Source: Bugula neritina (lineage: Eukaryota; Animalia; Bryozoa). From it: a stretch of 64,000 bases of DNA. The notes under the pieces were generated by a model. It did no database searches. It saw nothing but the letters and a program-made list of their open reading frames with translations, and was not told where the DNA came from. The stretch is taken from NCBI GenBank assembly GCA_964035545.1, contig OZ037770.1, positions 4,930,662 through 4,994,661 of the forward strand. The letters run 5' to 3'. The translations under genes were made by a program, and so were the position numbers. How positions within the stretch are numbered: the stretch's first letter is position 1; each line of letters begins with the position of its first letter. Positions 19,114 through 33,343 of the stretch are shown here, in pieces.

Positions 19114-21343
19114 CTCCTGAAACAAAAGAGACAGGTGAGCAGCACAGCCACAATGATAATAACACACAGTGCTACAGCCAGTGCAGTGATTATCATATCT
19201 CTCTGAGTTAGACCTCCACCACTACCTCCTTTGTCAGTTGTTGATGACGTATCTACATCTAGAGTCACTGCAAACAGAAACATTAAAATATCATAATTTT
19301 GTGAGTTCTGTAGAATCATTCAGATACAGAAAAGCATATTTTCAAACCACTAATAAATTCTTGATAATTATTAATAACCAATCACTGCCAACTATGAGTA
19401 TTCAAGTTTATCCTAATCATTAAATGGAATAGGAGCATTAGCTATATACACTGCTCCCTCCATATCTCACAGAAATTTTTTACAAAATTTCACAGGTCAC
19501 AGGCTTGGACCATTATTTTGTGGCTTATGTATATGTGTGTAGGGAGAAAATGTGGTATGGATCCATGAGTTAAATCTGGCATTCTACTAATTCGCAAATT
19601 GAGGTTTCCAGACCTGCAGCTTAGTGAGATACAGAAGAACCAGTGTTTTTAGTGTTAATCAAGAATAGAAAAGAGCCGTTAATAAAGCAGAGCTAACTTT
19701 TAGTCTGTCCAGTCATCTCAGCCTTCCGTGATGTAGCTTGAGTTGCCGACAGAGTATTGGTTGAGCTAGCGGGTGGATTACTTGAGGCCCCTACAGTTGA
19801 TATTAATAGCTGAGGTTACAGAAAGCTATGGAGAGGTTCACTCAAATAACACATGAGATACACAAAACATGCATAGAGACACACAGAGGAAGAAAAGAGG
19901 TTCTAACCAGAAATACTTACTACTGGTTGATGAAACTGTATATCTTTTGGTATACAGTCCTGGATTGTTAATAGCATCATTACACCACATTTCCATTGGA
20001 TCATCTGTGAATATATCAATAATTAAATACATGATATAGCAGGATAAATCAGTTTGTATCAAGTATTATTACAGTTAAGAATAATCAACTAGCTCAAGAA
20101 TAAATACCAATAAATAAACTCACTTGATGTTAACTTAACATGGGCTCTAGACTGACCACTTAGCTGAATATTGTCTGCAAACACAACTGTGAACATATTA
20201 AGATTTACACCAAATTCATGGGTTCTGTTCATCGATAAATAAACGGGATTGTCTGGAGGTGCATCAGACCAACCATTCTGACCAGCTGGTTTGTACAAGA
20301 AATACTCATTTTTAAAAAAATGAGCCATTCTTTGTCTAATAAGAGTTATGTTTTGTGTAAAGAACTGCTGATTGGCTGGTTTGAAGTCACATGAACAAGA
20401 TATCTTTCCTGCTGCTGTGTCAGGTGAAGGAGTGGTTAGAAACACAGACTGACTGGATGGTATAGTTTCATATCTGTCTTCACATATGTCCAAGGTGTAG
20501 TCTAAACAAACAAACAAAATTATTTTAATATGCAATAATACATTATATGATTTCATGGAGGATTAAACTTTTAATATATCCATCAAACACAAATACAACT
20601 TATGCATATATAAATCATTTGACACACTCAGCTATGAAACTGAATAAAAACACCATCATGAATGGTTACAGTTTGCTGAACTGTGAACGGCTACGGCATC
20701 ATTTACTAAAATAAAATTTATTAACATTGACTTCAGTATATCCATAACTATCTGACTTTAATATATAATTTAGTAAATCAAGCAAGTATCAGGCAATGAA
20801 AACCAAATCAATACCAGATTTGATGCAGGAAAACTTCACCCTCAGTTCCTTAGCTTTAGGATATCCTGTCTCACACTCTTCTTTAGGTACTGTAATATTT
20901 ATTCCTTGAGGTCCTATGGAACAGCTCTGTTTAGCATAGCAGTTGGCTCTGATTCTGTCCTCATTCTGACACACACTGTGTTGGCCATCCAGATATTCAG
21001 AGTTTCCAAACACTGGGCAGACCAGCAGATCACATGGTACAGTACCTGAGTAATTTTCTAGTGATATGATTTCTATCACTGAATCTTGTGGACAGGATAT
21101 GTTTGCAGATCGCGAGAGTTCTCCTGAGTTTTCATCAAAATTATAGGTTTGTGTTTGAGGAGCTACAGAAGCAAAAAGAGGTACAATGTTATTTATTCAT
21201 CACCTACAAGTTTATAACAGAACTCCAAAAAGTTATCACTAAGCAAGTATATCTGAAAAACTAAACTTACCAGAATTTGAAGTTGCAGCTTGCAGAATTA
21301 TCAAAAAGTAAACACACAGCAGAGCAAAACCCCAAGCAGCCAT
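19114..21343 (-). CDS. Type I single-pass membrane protein: signal peptide, SUEL/Gal-lectin-like domain, second Cys-containing beta domain, S/T-rich stalk, TM helix; cytoplasmic exon(s) unresolved
   Basis: Phase-consistent exons: 21343-21271 (MAAWGFALLCVYFLIILQAATS), 21162-20815 (ISCPQDSVIEI...C...CYAKQSCSI...C..GYPKAKELRVKFSC), 20501-20124, 20004-19921, 19790-19698 (S/T-rich), 19267-19114 (TM IITALAVALCVIIIVAVLLTCLFC-FRR). All introns GT-AG. Confidence 0.75.
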
Positions 21344-23289
21344 CTTCTACAAATTAAAAAGATGGTGAAATGAGTGGTTGAGAAAAGTTATTAAAGAAAC
21401 ATAATGATTAAAATATTTAGTAAAAAGATCAATATTCTAGCCCCAAAATAAAATAGCCATCACAGCTATTCTGAAAATTAAAATATTCTTCAACAGCAGA
21501 AGCTGGTCATTTCACGACATCGTTTTATAGGCTTCTTGTGAGGACATGTTTCAGCCTAGACTAGTATACGCTATTATTAGTAAAGTTATTCTCTCATATT
21601 ATATCCCATAATTGCAGGATATGCTGCCTCACAGACTACTTACATTGATAAAACTGAAACATTCCCACAGCATTTTAATAGTAAGTCATCACCTAGGAAG
21701 GGTGTTGGTAGCCTCCCCTCCCCCAGAGGAAAACAACAAAACTGTCATAAAAAACTGGAGAACTTTATTAAAATATATTAAATCCAACTTAGTTTTTAAT
21801 CATTGATGGTGACTTTTCATGGCGACTTTGAAACAAGCAAAATTGAGAGACTTTTTCTAATTATTTCTTCAATTTTAATCTAAAGAAAATCTGAGAAAAT
21901 GTATTTTTATAAACTAATTCTACTTGCAGCCTATACTTGATACTTTACTTTAACATAAATAAATAAATATGCCTGAGCAAAGTTCAAATCTATGTTTAAA
22001 TTTATTATCACCTCCACTTATTAGGCAGAAGACAGGAAGCAGGGGTTTGCATTGTTCAGTGACTAGTCAATATTTCAAAGGCTCATTTGACATTTCCACT
22101 TGAACATTTTCTTTCTAGTGCTTTAATTCTGTTTTTGAGCAGTTCATATTTTGCATTACAGCCCAGAACAATTTGCTTAACCTAAAGCTAAATGCCTGCA
22201 TAGATTCCACATTGCATTAGGCTCAGTATATATGCATCCAATTATGTTGGCAAAGAAAGCTTGATTTATAAATCCCCATTAAAAGTAAAGCCTAGTTACA
22301 GAAAATTATTTTAAAATTTATTCTATTTCTATAACTTATTATTGCAACATCTAACTTAATTTAAATAACAACTTGTTTTAGAACTTCCATTTTCAAAGCA
22401 ACAGAAATTCAGAATATTGTTTTGAGATACCTACACAATAGTTTATCTATCAATTTATTCACTAGAACAAATTAAATACAAAATCACAATCAGCAGAGCT
22501 AATCACAGCTAATAGCATACTATGCTTTATAACGCTGACTATGTTTTCAACAGTAGCAGAAGATACTTATATTGATATTTACAATGAGCAAAAATTTAAA
22601 TTATGCCCTAAAAATCAAAAGACCAGGCTAGACCTAACTATCACTTGTAGTCAATTATTATAATTATAATGATAATTATGTCAATGCTACAATTCAAGCT
22701 GTTAATATTATTATTATTATTATCATACTAATACTCATTATAATAATCAACTATAAAGAAAGGTATAGTCATTGGGATTGTAACACTAACAGCCATACTT
22801 ATACTCCTAATAACAATGGCAATGATATTCATATTAAATTTGATAAGATACATAACTTTGTGAACACTAAAAATTAATAGTAAGAGAGAATAATTTAAAC
22901 TTCAAATTATATATAACAATTAACATGAAAACTTACTGATACTAAAACTAATACTAATATTACAATCATAATGATAATCATAATACCAATATTATTAAGA
23001 AAGTCATTATTAATTTGGAGATCATTATTGATTATTCAATATGAATATGAATATCACTATGAACACCGGAATACGTTGACAATCACAATGACACTGATAC
23101 GTAATTTTGAAGAGCAGAATGAATATGTTGTCAAAATCAAACTCAATGTGTTTTAGTATGAGTTTCATTCCTAGTTCTACTTTAATATTAGTAACCTTAA
23201 AACTAAAAGAGAGCGAGTTCAGGAACAAATAACGCGTAATAATCACACATAATTATTATGTGTTATTATATTTAATTTTATTACGCGTT

Positions 23290-23530
23290 ATTTGTTACTA
23301 TTACTATTAGTATTACTATTAGTATAAGTATTAGTATTATGATAATAGTAATAGTAATACCATTGGCAATAGTGAGTAACACTAGTAATAGTAATACTAA
23401 AAGTAGGAGTGTAGTACAACTACTACTAGACCTAGTAGTACTAGGTTTAGTAGTACTAATACTACTAGTAGTACCAGTACTAGTAGTAGTACTAGTACTA
23501 GTAGTAGAGTACAGGTACTGAGTAGTACTA
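23290..23530. repeat. Low-complexity (TAG/ACT)n tract
   Basis: agtagtactagtagt runs. Confidence 0.7.
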
Positions 23531-26500
23531 CATCGAGACTGAGCAGTGAAAACTGATGGTGATATGTACATATTAAAATATAAACTTATCCAAGTGATTA
23601 AATTACTTTGGTCAAATATTAATAAAATTATTAGCGACGCTAACCATTTATTTTTAACTTTAGAGTGCAACACTAACTCACCCACTGCCACTGTGACACT
23701 GACTGGAAGCAGCTACATTCTGTTGCAAAATGAGAAATGAATTAAATATTGTCGGTTTCAGCGGCTAGAGCGGCAAGAGTCAGCAATCAAAATGTATTGG
23801 ATGCAGTGGGGGAGGGAGTGAGGTGCCGCTTAGTACACAACGATATTTTATGGATTTACTACTACGTCTGAGGCCTATTTTAATAATCGATTGAAAATTA
23901 CGACTTTGCTACAATACCATAAAACTAGGTGATCGATGGAAGCACAACTCTTATTTTAACAAACGGCAATTTCGTGTACGTCGTAAATTACCCTGTTCCC
24001 TGTAATCTGAAAATATTATAACAATATTATTATAGAGAGATCTGAATAATTTATAGACCCAAAAGTTGTAATTTTTTATTTTTTCAATTATATTTTTTTT
24101 TCAAATATTTTTTTTATAATTGTCACTACCCCAATTAGAAAACTTAAAACTTGTTTTCGAAACAGAGTAGAGACGACTCTGAACATAATTGCTATGATAC
24201 TAGACAGCAGTAGATGCCATCATATGCAATTTGTATAATTTCCCCGATAATATCGAAAAAAACATATTGCAATCTAAATATTGTTTTTATTATGACCATA
24301 AATATTATTAGACGTCAAAATAGAATAATTACGCACTATAATTTAAAAAAACTGTTTGTAGCTGTAGTGCTTTTATCACAATAACTTTCTCACATTCAGC
24401 TCTTTCCAGCCTTAGTTTATTAGGTCTCAGATGACTTATTCGATGGCGATAGTAATGTGGTTACTAGTTAATCGCTAACTCTAAGTCTAATAGTTATTTA
24501 TTATGCTACATTTTACTCTATAACACAGGCCACAGCTGTTTCATTTTCTTAATTACTGCACCTACCTTAGGCGAGCCATAACATGACAATGCTACCAAAA
24601 TAGAGAGGTTAGCCCAGATTCCCTACAGAAACCTGGATACAGCCGGCAAATGCTGGCCTTTGAGGCACACTCTTGACAAGTAGATGCTGAAGAGGGAGAG
24701 CTGTCTCGAATACATCAAAGGATCCACCAGTCGCAATCACTGCAGCTGCACCGGCCTCCACAGAAATCTCCATATTGCTAGAATTGGTGCGAGGTGTGCA
24801 GGCTGGAAGGCCAGTGCATCCCATCAGCAAGTCAATGTGCTGAAAGACTGGTTCAGCATTCTAACTCAGGACCTAAAGCATTGTATGGAGAATTTAGACG
24901 ATTCTGATGGCAGTCCCTGCATCTGGAGCAAGAAGTACTGCAGAGGCCGCACTCATTTTTATACACACAAGCATGATGTTGTAATACTGTTAGATTCTAT
25001 TGGTTATCTTTTGTTAATGCAGGTGGCTGGCTATATTATGTAGCCAGGTACTTTCTTTGTCTAGTTTCTTCTCCTGTTATATAATTAGAGGGCCTGATTG
25101 TGACCTTTCTTATTCAGTTGTGTTTTTTAATACCGTGTTTATACTCTAGCGCAAAAAAACAAAAATAGCTTAAATTAAAGATATTTATATAGTGTACTAA
25201 CTTAAGTAAAATAACCCACATGTTCAAAGGTTTATCAGCCTAACTCAACCCGCACGTAATTCTTGCGTATTACTAAGACGCCAAATTACTACAATATCTC
25301 ACAAAAATTTCGATATTTTAGTGAATTTGCTAATTAATACTGTTGTAGTTTTGTGCACTATTCTTTAGGGTGTTATTGCGTGCTCAATAAATACTGCATA
25401 TCACTGTGAGGTTATGTGAAGAACCGAACCAGTTGATTATTTAACGAGAGAACTGTATTAGAATTTCAAGTACGCACTTGCAATAAAAAGTCATATATAT
25501 ATATAAGTATAAAAAAGAAAAGAGTACAATTAGTAAAATGTTGCACAAGGTTAACCTGTCTACTTAACTACCATCGTCTAGACTGGTGTAGATACTGGAC
25601 GGCATTGTTTATATATGAGGGGTTGATCTTGATTGGATTAATTTAAGGTTCTGGTGTTGTCACCATAAAGGGTGATACGGTGCCACACAGGGAAGCGCTA
25701 TAACTAGCGGAGTTGTCCTCCTTGAGACAATAGTTGCACCATAATATATTGTAAGTCTGTAGCTGGGGCACTGAAGGGTGTGCTTCCCTAAACCACTGCA
25801 ACATACTATTAATATTAGCTAGTGTTCTATTTCTTACATTATCTTTTTTAACCTATATATAATTTACTTGTAGTTATAGTTTATTTTCACTCAGATCTAG
25901 AGTTTTGTCTTAGACCTCAACTGTCTAGCTTCTGCACTGCATTCATGCAGCTGGATGAAGTCATATAAGTATTTTGTACCAACATGACTCTGGAGTAGCA
26001 AATCTATAGCAACTGAATAATTTCTTCTTATAAACAGCATGCATACTTTATTATTATATTGTTTAGTTGTTATATTGTACTATTACATATAGTATCATTA
26101 TAATGTTATAGTATTACTGCATAATGCATAGCATCCTTTTATTATAGCATTGTTATATAGTATTATTTTATAGTTTTGTTATGTAGTAATATTGTATTGT
26201 ATTATTGTGTACAATTATGATATAGTACATATTATAGTTGTAGTAACTCTTTATTGAGTACAGCTGCATGCATTGTAATAATATAGATATTTTGTATATT
26301 ATTGTAGAAGATTATGATAGGCTACAGGGTATCATTATGTAGTAGTCTGGTCAACTTTGTTCTGTTTTGATATTATATTATATTATATTAGTCTTCATAA
26401 GTATTTCACTAAGTCTGCCCTTCTTTTTCACATAAAAATGTGTGTGATGAGTTTAAAATATTTAAAATCATATAGTACTTTTCTATAAGACAACATTATG

Positions 26501-26906
26501 GTTAAAGTTCTGTTGATTAGTAAAAGTATTATACAGTTAGTTGAACAAAATATTATTATATAATATGTTGCATGCTTGTGAGCACTCATACATAACCTTA
26601 AATGTTAAATTAAGTACAAATGCATAGTGTATGATTATATACAGTAATCATATATTTGTGTGTATTAGTATTGCATTCATTTAATACTATACTCTATTTT
26701 ATTTCAAAATATGTAGAAATTTATTGCAACTAAAACGTAATTCCACATGCAAGTGTTATGATATCATAATATATTTAGTACTGAAAAATTTCATTCGGTA
26801 TTAAAGACCTATATTTGCTATCATTACATGTTTAGTATTAAGAATTAACATGGTAAATCACTTACCTCTCGTTTGTACTGACAATAGAACTATAATATGT
26901 TTTTAG

Positions 26907-27250
26907 GTTATGGGATCTACAGGAGTTACAGATACTAGACATATCAGAGAATAACTTCACCAGTCTATACCATCTTCAGTGTGCAGACTGAAAAAATCTG
27001 CTAGAACTCAAGTTAATCTTCAATGACTGCATGACATCGTTGAATCAGCTGAGATACTATACTGCTAACACATCTTAGTTCTTTATACTAGGTGGTTGTA
27101 ATGCTCTTACAGCTCCTCCACTATAAACCTGTAAGAAAGAGGGTTAAATGCTGTGAGACAATACTACACACATTTGGCTAAAGGAGCAGGTAGAAATATT
27201 CCATTCGCTACAATAACTGTATTGTGAAAGACCAGCTTGCAGAGCACTAA
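26907..27250 (+). pseudogene. Decayed paralogous fragment of the LRR-Roc exon of the 42.5-61.8 kb gene
   Basis: ttcaccagtct..ccatcttcagt, gctcttaca.ctcctccact, gctgtgagacaatactacaca...ttggctaaaggagcaggtagaaatattccattcgctacaata align to 56440-56750, with frameshifts and stops; preceded by a ttttag acceptor. Confidence 0.85.
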
Positions 27251-28271
27251 TAGCAAGTGGTGTCTGCAGGCTGATAATGCTTGCACATATTAGGCTTATT
27301 TTACCATTGTATAAGTATATGATTTCACCTGTGAAATTTGCCTGGTTTACCTAGCTTATGATGTCATTTCCTGTCACTTTACACTCTTGCAGTGTTTCAT
27401 TTCACTGTATATCATATAATGATTATTTTAATTGATTTGTTTGTTTTGTTTGTTTGATTTGTTTTGATTATTTCAATTATATATAATTGTTATCTAGCTA
27501 TTATAATAATTCAACGTTATTTACTAGTTATTTATATCTCACCTACAATCTCAGCGCTTATAGTTTACTAAATTTTGCTTATATTATTACGGTTCAATTA
27601 TTTTTGACCAATATATAATGCAAACACCTGTTCTTTATTTTGAAGGTAATTAGTTGTAATGCTTTTTCTCCGTTAGTCATCAGCATTATTGCCTTTTTCT
27701 ATTTTTTCATCTAAAATTCAATTTTATACTCTATGAATAAATTGTATGTGTTTATTATGAACCAAGTCATTTATGAGTTCTAATAATTACACTCAAACGT
27801 AGAACTTTGTTTAGTTTTGAAAGAAAAATTTATTGTCTAAAAGTTTGAAGCTAAAGAAACTAGTAAAAAGTTTCGATCTTTCATGGCAGCTGGTTGATAG
27901 AACATTTCAGCTGTAAAACGTACATTTAGGTTGGATAATAAACTTATTATAATTGGCGTGTTTACAATTCTACAAAAAAAGGTAAAAGTGTGGCTATACG
28001 TTGTGTGACAGCTATAGTTAATGCCAAATACTTGAATAAATAAAATTCAGTTAGTTTGCACAATTTTTTAACTATGCTTATTTCTCCCTAAAACTTTGTT
28101 AATTTAGTGGTAAACAATTTTCTATAGCAGCATATTCTATTGAATGCATAGAAAGGCAAAATATTCTATTGATCTAAAGAACATAATTATACTCCGATAT
28201 GTGATACAGTATAAATATTATACTTATTTATATGATTGACAAATGAATACAGCTGCGTAGTGAAAAATAAT

Positions 28272-28330
28272 TGCCTGGCTGGGATTCGAACCCGTGACCT
28301 CTGGCTAACAAGTACACCACTGGACTTCTA
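28272..28330 (-). mobile_element. tRNA-derived SINE head fragment (B-box)
   Basis: Minus strand GGGTTCGAATCCCAGCCAGG; no complete cloverleaf. Confidence 0.5.
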
Positions 28331-31300
28331 TAGGTATATTCACATGCAACACTACACATAGATGTGGTTTAAAAGTTTTTGAAAGTATTGTTGATATCCA
28401 TTATAATAATGAGTATTGACATAGTTTAGTAAAAGCAGTATTCAGTGACCAATTTTGATAATGTCTCTCTATGTGTTCAAAGTTGCATTTTATGTAACCG
28501 TTTCAGAATGAAATTTTGTTCAGTAGATGCACAGATTTTCAAATTTTACTAGTGGTTATACTTTTACATATTTCATTGTCCTAAATATTATAATATGGAT
28601 ATACAATATATGTATCATTTACTAAAGAAATATTACTTTGAGACCTACAAATATTATTGATATAATCGTGACCTAACGTCATATATATCATAATTCACTC
28701 TTAATTGCCTGCCACCAGATTTGTTGGAAAAAGAATTAGCATGAAGTTCAGCATAAAGTTATTAGAGGCTATAATATGGATTACGTATTAATTCATTAAG
28801 GAGAAAGGATAGGCTGAGTCAAACGCTGCAGTTGTGTTTTAAACTATATACTATGTATTTATTATCACAAAGGGATCATCAGGTGAGCAGAAGTCCTCCA
28901 TATTTCAAGTTGATAAATTTTGTGTGGAGTAATACCGATGTCAGATTAACAGCTGTATTTGAATGTTTGACATTTGCACATGTAGAATGCTACATTGTAG
29001 TATAATACCATATTACAATAGTATATTGAATATTATAGACAGTGACTAGTGAGATAGTTGTCTCCCCTAATGCATTCCAATACAATCACCAGCTTGCAAA
29101 AATAGAACAAATCACACATAACTCTTAAATTATTAATGAATACAATAATATAACTATATTAAACTATTATACTATTAATTATTGGCACAGATAGATGAAA
29201 ATAATGAAAACTGTTTTTAGCCGGGAGAGGAAAACTCTACAGTGCAAATAATAGATAGCGTATTGTTTCTAACCAGCGTGAGTAGTTGCTTTTCTTTGCC
29301 GTTTCCGACTTACTTCCTAGTTGACTAGAGTCACAAAATTCCTAACTCGTTAAATTTTAATCCACCATTCCCTGTTATGATAGTTTCATTTATTTTTTTC
29401 AAGTTGCTGTATTAAATAATTAAGTTACGTGAGTGTGAATTATAATTATCTTTAGTGGCACGTAATCGTTTTGGTTTTCAGGTTATATTATCTAATACTA
29501 ATAGTAATACTAATACTAGTAGTTATACATCATGTATAACTATTAGTATTAGTATTACATGTTCATTTCGATATTCATATTCATATTGAATTTGATATAC
29601 ACTTACTATTAGTCTTCCACTTACGCTACGGTATACGTATGAGTTATAGTTTGTGTTATACTTAAAGCAATAGCTTATCATTATGATTATGATTATCATC
29701 ATCATTATAATAGAGTGGTTATGGTTTAAGTTATACTGATAATCACTTTGACTTTAAGTTTATCAATATCATTATGATTATTGTTATGGCGTTAGTATTA
29801 CTATTAGTATTAGTAAAAGTATTAGGCTAAAAGTAAATATACTGATAATCGTAACGGTTAAGTTAAGCTGATATTCATATACTCATACTGTTTTGTAATA
29901 CTAACAATGAATAACAGAATAAGTGATAATATCAGTAATGATGACGGTAGTTTTGTTGAAAATCAATATCATAATGATGAAATAACAATAACATATTACA
30001 AGCATTAATAATTGTCACTATAGTCTATAAACCCCTAGCAATAGTATTGCTATAACTATTAGGTATCATTATTAAATCTAATGATACTAATAAGCAACTT
30101 TTAATATAAATATGAATATATAATAATTTGATGTTAACTATATATCCATGACCAAAATGATAATGTAATACTGATACTGATAATAATATACTAATTAAAT
30201 AAAACTCTGGATATCAGTATCAATATGAATATGATTGTTTATGATATTGTGATGTAATATTTGTGTTAGTATGCATGTAGTAATATTTATTGATATTTAT
30301 GATAATTAATGACTATTACTATGCTAGTTCTTAGCTTTATTGTTTATATTAAGCCTAATGACTATGCTGATTATTATATATTATATCTACACAAGCGCAG
30401 TACCCACGGCAACACCCATAGGCGATTATGTTTAATAGTTATGATTAAACTACGCCACAATATTTTGAATTAGTTTGATATTATTTTGGCAATAACCAAA
30501 TTCATAAACAAAGCCACATGTTGATAGTGTAATTGTTTTTTAAACTTACAATTGGTTCTTCTTGCAGTGTTTCTTTAAGGTTTTTACTTTAATATATGTC
30601 AGGAAGTTTGCCATTTGCATCTGCATGTAAAATTACATAATTTTTAACATAATTTAAATGGTTTTATAATCTTTTAGTGAATTAGTGAGCTCTTGTACTT
30701 GGTTTTCACAAATATTGTTATTCTAGATATACTCTAACATTAGTCAGATTGTATTTCAGTAATTAAATGAATCAAGCTGTTTAAGTATATACAGCTATAG
30801 AAGTTTCATCACTGCTTCTTAGCCTGGTTTTAGTTATTATACTTTGTTAGAGGTTGTTGTGTAGCATTCCTAGTTGGTTTGAGTTATGTTTAGGTATGCT
30901 TTAGCTACTTTGCTTGTCTCAATACGATATAGTACGTTATTGTTTAACATCTATTTGTTTAGTAAAATAGAATATTTGATGAAACTTGTGTGAAAAAGCA
31001 AACTAAATTAGCTCAGTTTTCTGAGTGTTTTGTATGTTTGCTAAAGTTTAGTTTTGAGGCTATTGTTATAGCCAGGGTTTAAGTTGTTTTTATGTAATGG
31101 TTTTCGATACTTTTCTATCTGTACAGGTTCTATATAATTTATTTTGGTGATTTCTTAATATTTAGTATAAGTTGATTTAATTAACGACCATTCATTAGTA
31201 TTTCTAATTCATCTTCATTTAGAGGCGCAGCTTTTTTAAAATTTTATGTTTCAAACATATAACTTATTTCACCTGCCAACAAAATAGCTTTATATATTAC

Positions 31301-31452
31301 TAAGAATGGTCCATCAATTTTTTGCGATAGGAAAAACATGAAATATGTGCTTAACAATGTGTTTAATCAAAGTGTATGTATATTTCTACCAAATGATATA
31401 ATTACCTTAAGGATGTTGTATTTGCATAAATCACTTTATAAATCAGCTATAT

Positions 31453-31675
31453 GGCTGTAGCTCTGCATGGTCTAGGGATTACAGCGTTTGCCTATAGTAA
31501 GCACAAAGTCTTGGGTTCGAGCCCAACAAAGGCCATTGGTGATGTTAGGAAGAGCATCCAGTCATAATTGCTCTTGTACCTCATCTGAATAAGTCCTTAA
31601 CACTATTAAACAAAAACCTGTCCCATCAGGGGTTTTCTCCAGGAATGGTGACTATAAACTCGTATGAGTTTTTTA
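31453..31675 (+). mobile_element. tRNA-derived SINE (A box TGGTCTAGGG, B box GGTTCGAGCCC, central AGGAAGAGCATCC motif resembling the Meta-SINE core)
   Basis: Pol III boxes, a second copy at 17240-17380 and a T-rich end. The Meta-domain assignment is from memory of the motif only. Confidence 0.7.
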
Positions 31676-32054
31676 TATGACTATGGCTGTGCTATAGTCA
31701 TATAGTAATTACTATGCTATATTACTTGGCTCATCCATTACTTTTTTGTTTTATGGTTTGCTTCTCACAGAGATAAGTCTCCTTTCTATAGATGACTGTA
31801 TGTGCTTGAATATAAGAAAAGATGTGTAACCTGATGGTTCAGCCTTCAACTGGTGGATATCTACATGTAGGTATGTGTTTTAATTTATCGATACTATCAA
31901 CTACTGACTTGGCTGATTATCACTGTAAATAATTAGGGGGACAAATCATTATTCCCTGAACCCATTGCTCCGAAGGTTCATTAGTCCGAAAATATTTGCC
32001 TATTACGCACGAAATGAAACCTATAAAAGTTTTATTTTATTAGACGACCACACA

Positions 32055-32810
32055 CACAGGATAGTTAAGGGCAACCTTTTAGTTCTAGCTGCTATGCTGA
32101 TGATGCATTGTTATCATATAAGAATTCAGTCCCAGTAAAATAAAATCTTACCTAATTGTGCTAGAATCAAAATTTAAAAACTATGTTATAGATAGCTTTC
32201 TTCCTTAGCGCGGTTTTTTATGGAATTTTTAATTTTCCATGTTTTGGCTAAGCTACAGACAAAAAACTATTTATTTTCTCCTATTTTTAGCTGAAAAAAC
32301 ATCATGTCAGTCCCAGTAAAATATCTCAGCAGGAAAACATAACATCTGGAAAAAGAAAACACTGTTGGAATCCTGAGATATTTCTGCAGCGCAATTTTTG
32401 TAATGTTTCTGATAGCTTTTTTAGATTTTCTATAAATTAGTGATTTATAGGCTGAAAATGAGATAATTTTTCTTTACTGATAAGCACTGCGCATCACTTC
32501 AAGCTTCAGTGAACGCGTAGGGATGAGAAGATATTGGCTTGTCCATTACTAATTACAGACCTGCTAGCCTACAAGCTAGTGAATAGCTTGGTGTGTAATT
32601 CATTTATAGAGTAGCCACAATGGAATGTTGGTATACAATGCAGCCCTAATTGAGCTTGCTGTTTATTGGTCATAGCCTAATATCAGGCTAAACATACACA
32701 GGCAGGCAACACGCATGCCACCCACAGAACAATATTATAGCAAGAACCTAGACTACATTGTGAGCTAAATTTATGATATTCTTAGTAAGGATGCCCTTAA
32801 CTATCCTGTG
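32055..32810. mobile_element. Non-autonomous TIR DNA transposon (CAC termini, Chapaev/CMC-like)
   Basis: 24-bp TIRs CACAGGATAGTTAAGGGCA(A/T)CCTT with 1 mismatch; CACA on both flanks (candidate 4-bp TSD); no ORF. Confidence 0.75.
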
Positions 32811-32814
32811 CACA

Positions 32815-32826
32815 CATATATATATA

Positions 32827-32892
<66 letters not shown>
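32815..32892. repeat. (TA)n microsatellite (others at 33237-33343 and 34621-34684)
   Basis: Pure TA runs. Confidence 0.95.
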
Positions 32893-32896
<4 letters not shown>

Positions 32897-32900
32897 CAAT

Positions 32901-32945
32901 CTGTGGACAGCAGCTGTTTCGGGGTGTGTCCCCTCATCAGCACAG
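32901..32945 (-). ncRNA. Minimal type I hammerhead ribozyme, copy 1 of the retrozyme-like unit
   Basis: Minus strand CUGUG-CUGAUGA-GGGG(acaca)CCCC-GAAACAG(cug)CUGUC^CACAG: all core nucleotides and three stems present, GUC cleavage triplet. Confidence 0.82.
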
Positions 32946-33172
32946 AACAGAGTACCATGGCCCACACCTTCGCAATAGTAGAAACTTATGTTTCTACTAA
33001 AGCATATTTAAAAGGTGTGTAAACTCAAGCCAGAGAGCTCAAGTGACTCTAGGGGTCACCTAGGAGTCACGAGCCTTGCAAAATGCTAGCAGCTTGAGTT
33101 TGTGACCATGGTGAGAGAGCTCAATCACTGAATGTCATTGCTGAGCATTAAGTGAGAGCATAATACCTCAAT

Positions 33173-33217
33173 CTGTGGACAGCAGCTGTTTCAGGGTTTG
33201 TCCCCTCATCAGCACAG
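33173..33217 (-). ncRNA. Minimal type I hammerhead ribozyme, copy 2
   Basis: Same fold, 272 bp from copy 1; stem II GGGG/CCCU. Confidence 0.78.
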
Positions 33218-33235
33218 AACAGAGTACCATGGCCC

Positions 33236-33342
<107 letters not shown>

Positions 33343-33343
33343 T

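Noticed and set aside
24600-25043. GC-richer patch with 119-aa and 73-aa ORFs
   Set aside because: No recognisable motif or splice context; probably a decayed TE fragment.
28272-28330. Functional tRNA gene (also 31460-31530)
   Set aside because: Only Pol III box remnants, with no full cloverleaf; SINE-derived.
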